A stretch of 64,000 nucleotides of DNA, taken from assembly GCF_006345805.1 (NCBI RefSeq), contig NC_042999.1:66960001-67024000 (forward strand). The letters run 5' to 3'. The notes beneath the pieces were generated by a model. That model was not told the DNA's origin and ran no database searches. It saw only the letters and a program-made list of their open reading frames with translations. The stretch is from Octopus sinensis. Taxonomy: Eukaryota. Position numbers and translations under genes: made by a program. Shown here in pieces: positions 1-62,991 of the stretch (positions are counted from its first letter, which is position 1; each line of letters opens with the position of its first letter).

Positions 1-19
1 TAAAAATAAAAATAATAAT

Positions 20-588
20 AATAATAATAATAAATGGCTTGATGCAGTACCAGGCAGTTGCTCTCATGGCTTCTGATCTTAACTGATTGGAAGTGTTATA
101 ATGTACATTGTTTTGTCTTGGTATAAAAGATGGGCTACAGCAAATATTCTGCTCAATACCAAGATTTGCTTGTCAGTTGTTTGACTTTAACCAGTTGAGC
201 ATATCCCTTAGTGGCTGATGATATGTGCATCTTTGATCGCGAGCAGAAGTAGTGGGGGAGCATCATAGCCATGTGTTGAGAGGAATTCTTTGTGGTTTGG
301 ATAATTCACCTTTGGAAACATGGGTGTTTCATTCAACATCCATAAACAACCCTTATTCAGGAAACTTTTGAGCGAGATGGGTTACTCGACCAGAAGTAAA
401 TTCTAACTGGGCCCCACCTGCAAGGTCACGTGCTGTTTATCTTGATATGAGATCACTATGTCACGCGCATATGGTTGTGATGCATGTGCCTAGTGTACCC
501 TTATCAGACGGGTAGTCATGATGGTTATACTGGGCTTCGTATATTTTACCCCAGAGTCACTTTGATGGCATGCACTGCTCTCTCACTC

Positions 589-630
<42 letters not shown>
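20..630 (+). repeat. Unclassified ~550-bp interspersed repeat ending in (AAT)n; second copy at 43955-44488
   Basis: Direct alignment of the two copies (gtacattgttttgtcttggtataaaagatggg...gcactgctctctca(c/t)tcaataataat). Confidence 0.75.
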
Positions 631-635
<5 letters not shown>

Positions 636-1672
636 TAACAATAATAATCTGCTTTGACTCTTTAGATTTTAAACTAGCCATTCTATTTGATTTATGTTCA
701 AACCAGCCGAATCTGGGCTCTCACACTTACCATACAATGTCATTTTAAAAATAAACAATCACATCATCGAAATCTCAAAGCTACGAGATAACGCATGCTT
801 AATTCAAAACGATGTGAATAAATAAGCATTCATTTGATTGAGTAATATGAATGGTAAAGGGTTAAAGTAAAAGAGAAAAGAAAAAAATATAGAAAACTAT
901 TGCCTGCCTTATTTGATTAATCACACCTTTGATTAATCAATTATGAATAATACATTTTTTTTTCAAGATGTCCAATGACTGGATGATCACAAGTCTTAAA
1001 TCGTAATTTTTTTCTTCAATTAATCATGGTGCATTTACATAATCCCCTGTGGTGCACCAATGCATTGTGGTCCATTGTTCGAGAACCAATGCTCTAAGGA
1101 ATGTGTGTGTGTGATTATATGTGTATATCTATATATATATATAGATATATGATTATATGAAATAAGAGAATATATAAACATATGTATATTTCTGCTTGAC
1201 TGTATGGAATTAGTTTGTGTGTGTGCATGCATGTATGTGTTTGCACATGTGTGTATAGCTGTGTGTAACTATATGGAATAAGTGTTTATATATGTGTATA
1301 TATTTATGAGTGACTATTGAATAAGTGAGTATATAAACATGTGTGTGCATATTGTTGCTTGACTATATAGATTGAGTGTGTATGCATGTGTGTATATTTT
1401 GGGGTGACTATATAGAATAAGTGCGTATATAAATACGTGCATGCATATTTCTGTGTGAGAACATAAAATGAGTGTGTGTATGTATGTATGTGTGTATGCA
1501 TGAATGTATGTATGTATGTGTGCATGTATATATGTGTGTATGCATGAATGTATGTGTGTATGTATGTATGTATGTATGTATGCATGAATGTATGTATGTA
1601 TGTATGTGTGTATGTATGTGTGTATGTATGTATGTGTGTATGCATGAATGTATGTGTGTATGCATGAATGTA

Positions 1673-1703
<31 letters not shown>

Positions 1704-1949
1704 CTATTGCTTTGTGAATATACTGGGTGACTATGTTTATATCTAAGTGACCGTCTGGAATAAGTGGGTGTATATATGTGTATATGTGTGGATATTTCAG
1801 TGTAGCAATATTGAATGAATGTATGTATGTATATATTTCTCTGAGACTATAAGGAATGTCTGTATACATGTGTGTGTGTGTGTGTGTGTATTTCTCTGTG
1901 TCTGGAATAAGTGTACATATATTTCTGTGTGACTATTGAATGAGTGTGT

Positions 1950-1989
<40 letters not shown>

Positions 1990-2614
1990 TTGTATATTTC
2001 AATATGTCTATATTGAATGCAAGTCCATAAAGTATCATATCATAAAATGATTTTTTAAAGAAAATTGAGATTGAATTCTAATTCTAAACAGTGTTATAAG
2101 AGTGGTTGGTGAGGAACATAAATTTCATATGATCAACCGTTCTTCTAAAGTCATAGTGTATCTACCGTTGTGATAAAATAACATGTTCTTCATCACAGCT
2201 ATGTTGCAACAAAACTTCTTAGAAAACAGTGGTATGGCATAGGTTTTTTTCACCCTGAGTGGTAGTCAAACTAGTTACCCACATCCTTAAATGTAATGTA
2301 ACTTTGACTAAAGCAAACCTATGTATGTAAAATGGTCATTTTGTACAGTTCATAGACACCATCTTATGCCAATTGTTGTTAGGGAATGTTTTGCTCTTCA
2401 AGGATTATTGGTAAGGAATTGAACATTGGCATCTTTACAGGGTATCTCAGAATTAACTATCTATTTCAGTGAAATCAGGCAAATTTTTTTTTAAAAACTC
2501 AATTTTATTTATATTTATCATGTTTAATATGTGTTAAAAGTGTATTAATTTTTAATTTTGTTTTTAATTCTATAATTTTAATAATTTTTTTATAAAACTC
2601 AATTTTATTTATAT

Positions 2615-2899
2615 GGCCATTGCCAGCGCCGCCCCAACTGACCTCCGTGCTGGTGGCACATAAAAAGCACCATCCGATTGTGGCCGTTTGCCAGCCTCGT
2701 CTGGCACCTGTGCCGGTGGCATGTAAAAAGCAGCCACTACACTCACGGAGTGGTTGGCGTTAGGAAGGGCATCCAGCCATAGAAACATTGCCAAATCAGA
2801 CTGGGCCTGGTGCAGCCTTCTGGCTTCCCAGACCCCAGATGAACTGTCCAACCCATGCTAGCGTGGAAAGCGGACGCTAAACGATGATGATGATGATGA
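2615..2899 (+). mobile_element. RTE LINE 3' fragment
   Basis: ...ccaacccatgctagcgtggaaagcggacgctaaacgatgatgatg tail. Confidence 0.8.
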
Positions 2900-3247
2900 G
2901 AATGTTTAATACGTGTTAAAAGTGTATTAATTTTTAATTTTATAATTTTAATAATTTTTTTTTTAATTCTGTTTTCATTCCTGTCTTGATTGGATCCTGA
3001 TTATCTGTCTACAACAGCTTTTTGTCAATTTGGCTGCAATTATTTTCTCTACCTCCGCCTCCCAGGATGGAGCAATAGTTTAGCTGAACTTAAAGAACTC
3101 ATTCAGTTATTAGTGCAAGAGATAATTCCCAAAACGCTTCAAAATGCGATTTGCAATGCTAAGGATAGATTTGAAATTTGAGGAGAGACAGACGGAGCAC
3201 ATGTTGAGAATTTTCAATAAAGTTTTGACATAAGATTCATAATTATA

Positions 3248-3660
3248 GGCGCAGGAGTGGCTGTATGGTAAGTAGCTTGCTTAACAACCAGATGGTTCTG
3301 GGTTCAGTCCCACTGCATGGCACCTTCGCCAAATGTCTTCTACTATAGCCTCAGGCTGACCAAAGCCTTGTGAATAGATTTGGTAGAGGGAAACTGAAAG
3401 AAGCCTGTCGTATATATGTATATATATATATATATATATATGTGAGTGTTTGTGTGTCTGTGTTTGTTCCCCAACATCACTTGACAACCGATGCTGGTGT
3501 GTTTATGTCCCCGTAACTTAGCGGTTCAGCAAAAGAGACCGATAGAATAAGAACTAGGCTTACAAAAAATAAGTCCTGGGGTCGAATTGCTCGACAAAAG
3601 GTGGTGCTCCAGCATGGCCACAGTCAAATGACTGAAACAAGTAAAAGAGTAAAAGAGTAA
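3248..3660 (+). mobile_element. tRNA-derived SINE family A (head ggcgcaggagtggctgtgtggtaag, central TA/TG tract, tail gtaaaaga)
   Basis: Box A/B-like head. Copies also at about 6151-6560, 10087-10480, 10765-11155(-), 11510-12040, 13932-14355, 22143-22610, 30960-31400, 31540-31900(-), 33692-34120, 39560-39725(-), 44970-45140, 46690-46920 and 63868-64000(-). Confidence 0.85.
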
Positions 3661-3775
3661 TTAAATAATAAACATAAAATTCTGTTAGTTTGTTTTTTTT
3701 AAATTTGCCTAATTCTATGAAAATAGATTGCTGATTTTGGGACACCCTGTATTTACACACATATACACATGCACA

Positions 3776-3817
<42 letters not shown>

Positions 3818-3838
3818 AAACCCTGACAGAGGTCAGGT

Positions 3839-54456
<50,618 letters not shown>

Positions 54457-54540
54457 CTTTGAAAATTTAGTTCAAATGGTAAAATCCATTGGAGATCATA
54501 ACAGCAGTGTTTCAGGAAAATTGGGCAGTGAACAGTCCTA
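54457..54540 (-). promoter_or_regulatory. 5' UTR part of coding exon 1 with a probable splice acceptor at 54540-54538, implying an unlocated upstream non-coding exon
   Basis: Minus strand reads ttatttcttttcctgtcttatAG, a polypyrimidine tract plus AG, 81 nt upstream of the ATG. Confidence 0.55.
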
Positions 54541-54924
54541 TAAGACAGGAAAAGAAATAAGACATTTAGAAATACTGTTTGCATCACAAGAATTTAGAAA
54601 CTTCAAGAGACACATAATAATACATTTTTATTGGTTGAACTCAGAGTAGGGAAAGTTATAGATAATGGTTTCAAATTTAGGCACAAGCCCTGCAAGTTTA
54701 GAGGAGTAGGTAAGTTCATTACATCAACTCTAATGCTTGACGGGTACTTATCAATACTGAAAGGATAAAAGGTGAAGTCGACCTCGGTGACATTTGAACT
54801 AAAAAAAAAAACGTAAAGGCCAATGAAATGACAATTAGCATTTTGCCTGCAATGCTAAAGGTTCTCCCAGCTTGTCGCCTTTGATAAAGTTATAAATAAT
54901 AACTGGTCCAAAGTCAGTCACCAT

Positions 54925-55145
54925 GATAGATCGTTAGCCACTACACGCATTTTTTCTCTCCTTTTTTCTCTCCTTTTTTTCTCTCCTTTTTTCTCTCCTT
55001 GTTTCTTCTGTGTCCCTTTCTGTAGAAGAGCGTAGGCTCGAAATGTAAAAGACTTTTTCTATTCCTGAGTGTTATACTAATAAATCTGTTTGTTTTGTAC
55101 ACCACCTGTCTTCGTCTTTTGTTTTTTTTCGTAAACTCTCCCTAT
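54925..55145 (+). repeat. Short interspersed repeat family E (Penelope-like end); copies at 20292-20445, 57184-57360, 58110-58175 and 61720-61795(-)
   Basis: Shared cgttagccactacac...ctttctgtagaagagcgtaggctcgaaa...cacctgtcttcgtcttttg. Confidence 0.75.
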
Positions 55146-55286
55146 AAATAATAATATATAAATACCGGATTAGAAGCCATTGGGATAGAAAAAGTGGTGG
55201 TGGTGGTGGTAATAGTAGTGGTGGTGGTGGTGGTGGTAATAGTAGTGGCGGCGGTGGTTGTGGTAGTAGTAATAGTAGTGGTGATG

Positions 55287-55326
<40 letters not shown>

Positions 55327-55328
55327 CG

Positions 55329-55387
<59 letters not shown>

Positions 55388-55426
55388 AATAGTAGTAGTA
55401 GTGGTGGTGGTGGTGGTGGTGGTGGT

Positions 55427-55483
<57 letters not shown>

Positions 55484-56649
55484 ACCTGGTGAATATTTGC
55501 CAAATACGTCTTTGCAGTGTGAATTAATTATTCATTTGTCTATAAAAATCTATACTGAAATTTGTGGTTTTGGATAAGTCCATGTGCCATAAGGAGGAGA
55601 GAGATGGGGCCTGTCCTTAGGTCTGATGGATCGCTTCGCAACCACGAGATTTGGGGATTCATTTCCACGGTGAGGCATCTTGGGCCAAGCGTCTTCTGCT
55701 ATACCTCCGAACCGACCAATGCCCTGTGAATGAATTCGGTAGATAGAGATTGTATGGAAGCCCATCATGTGTGTGTGTGTGTGTTTGTTTGTGCCTGTAT
55801 GTGTGAGCGTTTGTTTGTGCGTGCGTGCGTGTATGCGTGCATGTATGTTATTCAGTTTTATTTCAAGATTTCTTGCCAATAAAGAATCGGTTTCTAACCA
55901 AGAACCAAGAATCCTTAATATCTGTATGCTTGCATGTACGTATGCATTTATGTACTACGTATGTATGTATGTATGTATGTATGTATGTATGTATGTATGT
56001 ATGTATGTATGTATGTATGTATGTATGCATGTATACGTATGCATGTATCTTGCCAATAGAGAAAGAGCCGGATTTTAACCTAAATCCAAGGCTTCTTCAT
56101 TGGAATTTCAACATCAACAGCAGGGTATTTTTGCATGTATGTATGTATGTATGTATGTATGTATGTATACGTGCAGATTTGTACGTTTTGTTTTATGTAC
56201 CGTAAATCCTCAAGTATAATCCGCATTTTTCCCCAAAATTTAAAGGTCGAAATTCCTAGTGCGTACTATATACGAGGTTAAAAATGAAAAATATTTTCCA
56301 AGCAATGTCCGAGTCTCTATTTGCTGTCCGGCAATGCTTAATCAGACGCATTTTGTGATGTCGGGTGCGAAAATACCTTAAGCTAAACCTGAAAGCAATG
56401 AAGTCATAAAAGAATCATAATTCGTTAGTAATCCTCCATTCAAAAGTCAGGTAGAAAACACGATTGCGTTGACTAGCCGAGAACACACAATTTTTTGCGT
56501 GTTTTTAATGCGTGCAAACGTGGACCCGATTGTACGCGTCTGTACCTGTCTGGTACGCGTCCGTGTATGATTGGATAGCTAGTCGTCCAATAGGCAATGA
56601 GTGCACTTGTATATGCTCATGCATATGCGATGAGACACATTTCGTTTGC

Positions 56650-56794
56650 GCGACATGTGCGTGTTCGGAAATTTTTTAATTCTTCAGATGGACCACAGAA
56701 AATTTTCCATGGAACATCTGAATTTTCCTGTGGACCACCTGGATTTTCCCGTGAACCACCTAGTGGTCCACATGGGCCAGGTTGTGAACCCCTG
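56650..56794. mobile_element. hAT-like terminus with ~21-bp subterminal repeats
   Basis: Ends ggttgtgaacccctg (reverse complement CAGGGGTTCACAACC), preceded by four tggaccac...ttttcc-like units. Confidence 0.4.
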
Positions 56795-58067
56795 GTATAG
56801 ACCAACAGGGTTCTCATGGCGTATGAGTAACTGAGATCACAACATTCTCCTTGAACGGTTCGACAGTCCATCGCAAGGTCGCCCATTTACAGCTAAGTGG
56901 ACTGCAGCGACAAGCAATGAAGTAGTTTGCTCAAAAACATAACCACCACTCGGTCCAGAAAAAAGGAAACCAGCGATCTTGTGATCGTAGGTGCAACACC
57001 CTAACCACCAGCTCCGTCGCGTTATTTTAGGGACCGCTTCCCTGCAACTTTTTGTTTCGAGGCCCCATCTCTTCAATCAAAATTCATAATCTATACACCT
57101 TTTATTCATAGTTATATTTTACTTAATTCTATCTCAAGTTCAATATTTCACGTTATCCTAAAGAACATCTTTAAAAGTTCAAAGATCGTTAGCCACTACA
57201 CACATTTTTTTCTCGCCTTGTTTTTTCTGTGTCCCTTTCTGTAGAAGAGCGTAGACTCGAAACGTAAAAGACTTTTTCTATTCCTGAGCGTTATACTAAT
57301 ACATCTGTTTGTTTGTACACCACCTGTCTTCGACTTTTGTTTTTTTCATAAACTTTCCGTAAATTTATTTAAGTCTATTACAAATTTCTATAAGTAAAAC
57401 TTCCAGATACAAATAAAAGAGCATTTTTATAATCCATGCAACTTTCAAAGACTAACACGGCGCACTTTTCGCTTCACGAAATCATTTATCAGTTCAGAAT
57501 AATCAAGCTGAGAGCTAAGTTCGTGTTCAATCTATATTGTAGATAATCCACAAAGTCTGGTACAAGTTCATGGTACAAAATAATATTTTTACATGAACTT
57601 TTGCAGGTACAATGTATTACCATTTTATTTCTTGAAATTTTCAATTAACATAGAATTTTTTTAATTCTTGTTCAACATCTTAACCAAGGTAAATAGATGA
57701 CTCATCTACATACTTTGATCTTAACAAGAGGCCCCTCAACCGTAGGGGTTACAGGGGCTTAGCGACGGCTCTGCTAACCACTAAGCCACGCGTCTTTACG
57801 TAAGTGAAATGAAACTGCTCATCAAATCTCCGTCTAGGCACTTGTACTTATGGAGAAGATGATATTCTGCCAATAAAACACACAGACGCCTTACAGAGTG
57901 TGCTCCACTTCATTATTGCTAATTAATTAATTACTGATTTATTTGTCATAGCTATTGGTTACAAGACAGTTTATCATTTATCAGACTATTAACCCCATCC
58001 TAAGTTAGTCAGGTTCGTTTCTGATTTTTATCAAGTATCTTTTCTCTAAATATTCCTGTACATGTTC

Positions 58068-58108
<41 letters not shown>

Positions 58109-58172
58109 TGCGTGTTCCTTTCTATGGAAGAGCGTAGTGTCGAAACGTTAAAGACTTTTTCACTTCCCGAGC

Positions 58173-58254
<82 letters not shown>

Positions 58255-58559
58255 CATCATCATTTAGCGTCCGCTTTCCATGCTAGCATGGGTTGGACGG
58301 GTCAACTGGGGTCTGTGAAGCTGGAAGGCTTCGTCAGGCCCAGTCAGATCTGGCAGTGTTTCTACGGCTGGATGCCCTTCCTAACGCCAACCACTCCGCG
58401 AGTGTAGTGGGTGTTTTTTACGTGCCACCTGCACAGGTGCCAGACAGAGCTGGCGAACGGCCACGAACGGATGGTGCTTTTACGTATCACCGGCACGGGG
58501 CCAGGCGATGCTGGCAACGGACACGAACGGATGGTGCTTTTACGTGCCACCGACACGGG

Positions 58560-58597
<38 letters not shown>

Positions 58598-58607
58598 CAT
58601 ATATATA

Positions 58608-61338
58608 TGTAGTGAACCTACAACGGCGCGCGCTCGCGCTCTGTCCATTTGTATTTCGCGCGTGTTGGTGCCTTCACCAAGAGAAAGGAAGGGCCCTCTC
58701 GCGCATGCGCGAACCACCGGAAGCACGACCCGCTTGCCTATCGTGGTGGTTAGCGAGGCAAGGGGCTCGTAGAACGTTTGACCACTAGCAGCAGTCATCG
58801 AGGACTTGGGACCCAGCGATTGAAGGCGACGTCACGCGATATATTTTCTCTCCGTTGGAACTAGCTTCGAGCAGTCCTTACCAAATTGTTGCAGACCAAC
58901 ATCGTCTCCATTGTTCGACGCCATCTTGAATCCTTTTCTGTTTTTGGGCTGAAGATTGTAAATATTACAATCTATTAACTTTCAGCCTTGCGCGCCCAGA
59001 ATCAAGGACATCAGATAACACCAGTATTGTTATTGTTTACCAAGAAAGAGAATAAAGTAGTTATATGTATATTTTACGTCTGCGTCTTGTTGTTTCTGAC
59101 TAGTAGAGATTCTGGATTATTAAAGCAACGGCTAGTGAGTGATTGCTTTCTTGTACCCCGAAAGTACAAGATAAGACTTTCACACTCACTAAGCTCGTTT
59201 CAGTGGTGACCCCGACGTGATTCTGGTCTAAAACCAGAGATCACTTATCAACAAAGAAATCCAGTTTTTTCTGCGAAGTCGGAACACGATTAACTCTACG
59301 CATCATCTTTCGACGATTTGTTTCCGGCCACTACAAACAGTTGTAGAAGGAGCCTCTTTCTAATTCTACAGCCATAATGACGGACGCCATCATATCAACG
59401 ATGCCTTTTCTCCACCTTCGTCATCATCATCGTCGTCTTTCTACTTCACGTCGTCGCTATCTTCGTCGCCATCATCACTAAGAACGATGTTGTCTCAAGT
59501 CCACTACAGTCGCCTTCCACCACCACCGTCGCCTTTCAACACCGTCGACCTCCACAAGATGTACATAGCAACTCGCGGAAGTTTGGTCCACTTGCCGTTT
59601 GTGCATATGCACACCAAGGATTCACAGCACCGTCTATCTACGAGATTCTTCTGTTCCAGTTAACCTGTCACAGCATTGAAGCCACAACCGCTACACGATA
59701 TGTGTTCAATCGGCATCTGCATTTTGTGATTTCAACATTTCTGTTACAGAACGAACTGCTATTGTACATCAGGCTATTACAGACTGGTAAATTAATTCTT
59801 GTCTGAAATAGCACTTGAGAGACATTTTTTCTATGCGCTGTTTTTGTATTTTGCTCGCATTCACCTTGTATGTATTTCTGTCGCACACACGTACACACAC
59901 ATAAATGCTCTCTCTCACATACATACGTCACACATGCTTTTCTCGCTTTTTTTTTCCATGCTGAATTTGCCTTTTGTGGACACCCCTCATTTCTATAGAC
60001 CCTAGGTCGGTCACGTATACATAGAGAGGGTTGTTTGTCCATTATAACGCGCCAGCATGTCATACCTTTGTTCCTGTACGAACGAGGCATATAATCGCTT
60101 AACCACTGGCATATTCTTGCTGTTTTTTGGTCTGGCAAGCACTATTGCATTTCATGCGCCTTTTGCTTCGCACGTGTATTGCCTTGTTTTTTGCAACACG
60201 TTTGCGTTAGCCTAATTCTTTTCCCGACTCATAGACGTCGGATGTTTAAATGCGCTGCGCCGATTTATAGGCGTAATTATTTTTCCCTGTTAGACCACTG
60301 TTTGGTCACGTAATTAACAGAAAATTATCTGTGTCGCGCATCACACCAGCATGTTTGCACTTTTGTCTTTTGTGTTACTAGCGAGCTTCTGTCAATTCCA
60401 TTTCCTCTCCTGCAGCAATTGATTTAACTGCTATTTTGCAGGATCAACCACCTTTAGAGAAGTTGGATTTTAATTTCGCCTAGGTTCAATAACTGTGAGT
60501 TCTGCCTTTTCTTCCGCTTCCTACAGCGGAAGGTTTATACTTTGTGACGTATACACTTTCATGCATGCACTCTTGATTTTTGCTCATTGAGTATTTTTTC
60601 TCTTTTTCCATTAGTAAATTTCTTGTGTATGTTATAAATTTTGCCATTATATTATTGTGTGCTATTTGGTTATCTGGTGTCCACCTTGAGTTTTGCAGTC
60701 ACTACAATAAGTTTCCTTTCGTGCGTACGCACTGGAGGGGAGCCTGTAGTGAACCTACAACGGCGCGCGCTCGCGCACTGTCCATTTGTATTTCGCGCGT
60801 GTTGGTGCCTTCACCAAGAGAAAGGAAGGGCCCTCTCGCGCATGCGCGAACCACCGGAAGCACGACCCGCTTGCCTATCGTGGTGGTTAGCAAGGCAAGG
60901 GGGTCGTAGAACGTTTGACCACTAGCAGCAGTCATCGAGGACTTGGGACCCAGCGATTGAAGGCGACGTCACGCGATATATTTTCTCTCCGTTGGAACTA
61001 GCTTCGAGCAGTCCTTACCAAATTGTTGCAGACCAACATCGTCTCCATTGTTCGACGCCATCTTGAATCCTTTTCTTCTGTTTTGGGGCTGAAGATTGTA
61101 AATATTACAATCTATTAACTTTCAGCCTTGCGCGCCCAGAATCAAGGACATCAGATAACACCAGTATTGTTATTGTTTACCAAGAAAGAGAATAAAGTAG
61201 TTATATGTATATTTTACGTCTGCGTCTTGTTGTTTCTGACTAGTAGAGATTCTGGATTATTAAAGCAACGGCTAGTGAGTGATTGCTTTGTGCACCCCAA
61301 AAGTACACAAGACACACTCACAACCAAGTTTCGTTTCA
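58608..61338 (+). mobile_element. Non-autonomous LTR retroelement (Ty3/gypsy-like): 5' LTR 58608-59202, internal 1542 bp, 3' LTR 60745-61338
   Basis: Both LTRs run TG...CA, are 595/594 bp and are near-identical over about 540 bp. A PBS follows the 5' LTR, a PPT (GGAGGGGAG, 60734-60742) precedes the 3' LTR, and a 4-bp TATA target duplication lies in a TA tract. No pol-length ORF. Confidence 0.9.
59204..59222 (+). promoter_or_regulatory. Primer-binding site complementary to the tRNA-Trp 3' end
   Basis: TGGTGACCCCGACGTGATT is the reverse complement of the eukaryotic tRNA-Trp 3' end ...AAUCACGUCGGGGUCACCA, 1 nt after the LTR CA. Confidence 0.9.
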
Positions 61339-61448
61339 TATATATATAAACAGTTACCAGGGTAGCAAAATTCACGCAAGTAACACGGATGAAGCGACCT
61401 ATTCAAAGGTAGAAACTCTGGGTTAATGTGCAGTAATTTGTGTAGTAT

Positions 61449-61686
61449 AAGTAAATAAATGGAGTTGGACGCAGATGTTATTAAAATTCTTTTACTTTCG
61501 ACATATGTTTCGAAGACAACATTGGTTTTATTCCAAAGGAATAAACGGTGTAAAATGCAATCTGATGAGAAGATTGCATTTTACACCGTTTATTCCTTTG
61601 GAATAAAACCAATGTTGTCTTTCGAAACATATGTTGAAAGTAAAAGAATTTTAATAAAATCTGCATTCAACTCCATTTATTTACTT
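61449..61686. repeat. Near-perfect 238-bp palindrome whose axis lies on a hammerhead core (CTGATGA)
   Basis: Arms 61449-61563 and 61571-61686 are reverse complements with few mismatches around the loop gatgaga. Confidence 0.85.
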
Positions 61687-61843
61687 TATATGTATGTAAA
61701 TATATATATATGTATATATATGTATGGGGAGAGTTTACGAAGAAAACAAAAGACGAAGACAGGTGGTGTATTAGTATAACGCTCAGGAATAGAATATATA
61801 TATGCATGTATATGTATGTATATATATATATGTATATGTATGT

Positions 61844-61884
<41 letters not shown>

Positions 61885-62686
61885 GAGGCGCAACGGTTAG
61901 GGCAGCGGACTCGTGATCGTAGGATCGCGGTTTCGATTCCCAGACCGGGCGTTGTGAGTGTTTATTGAGCGAAAACACCTAAAGCTCCACGAGCTCCGGC
62001 AGTGGGTGGTGGCGATCCCTGCTGTACTTTTTCGTCACAACTTTCTCTCACTCTTTCTTCTGTTGGCCTGCTCGCTTAGCCATCGTCCTTTGTAGGCTAA
62101 AACAATGCGAAGCGCATTGTGACCAGCGATGTGTAGCAACATCATCTGATAGGTTGGTCGGTCACGCTTTTACACGGTTGTGGCAACGATAGTTATCTCT
62201 TGCAGCAGGCGTTCAAAGAGCTACTATTCAAGTTAACACATGCTTTCATTCCATCATGGAATTTTCCATTGATTGTTTTGTCATTTTCGATATTGACCAA
62301 CCACTATATACAACGCATAATAGAGGTGTTAAAAATCAAATGATGCCTGTACTTGAAGCTTTTTAAAATGAGGTAAAGCCTTGCATAAGACCAAATCTAC
62401 TTTCTAAACAATGCGCACCTTTGCCCTAAAGGAAGATCTGATCAACATTATTAGATACAAACAAAGTTGCAGGTGTTACATCTTCGTTTTCCTTCTCCTA
62501 AAGAGGGATCTAAACAAAAACTAGGTATCTCTCACTTCCAGCTGTTGGGTGGTTGTTGATTATTGAGTTAATTCGTCCTCTGACAAGTTTTGTTCTTCGT
62601 CCTGCAGAGTGTCCAACGAAAACCACACTCCTTGACAAGCAGGCTTGGTAGGGTTTCCGTTTCGCCACCGGCAAAACACACTCGTG

Positions 62687-62718
<32 letters not shown>

Positions 62719-62884
62719 CACAGATAGACAGATAGATATAGATACATACATGTGTGTGTGCATGCGTGTATATATGTATGTATGTATGTACGTATGTATG
62801 TATGTATGTATATTCGCATATAAGGATGTGATGCAAAATCGCATTAGCATGAAACTCAAACCGCGAAATAAGAATTCAGTTTTG

Positions 62885-62991
<107 letters not shown>

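Noticed and set aside
1035-2038. HTHTHT/CVCVYV and YIYIYI ORFs here and throughout (28037-28663, 36924-37457, 39169-39690, 62510-62965)
   Set aside because: These are translations of dinucleotide and tetranucleotide microsatellites.
61353-61366. X-box-like GTTACCAGGGTAGC (RFX site expected for ciliary TRPV genes)
   Set aside because: It has one mismatch to the consensus, lies about 7 kb from the ATG between repeats, and the true TSS is unknown, so it is not supportable.
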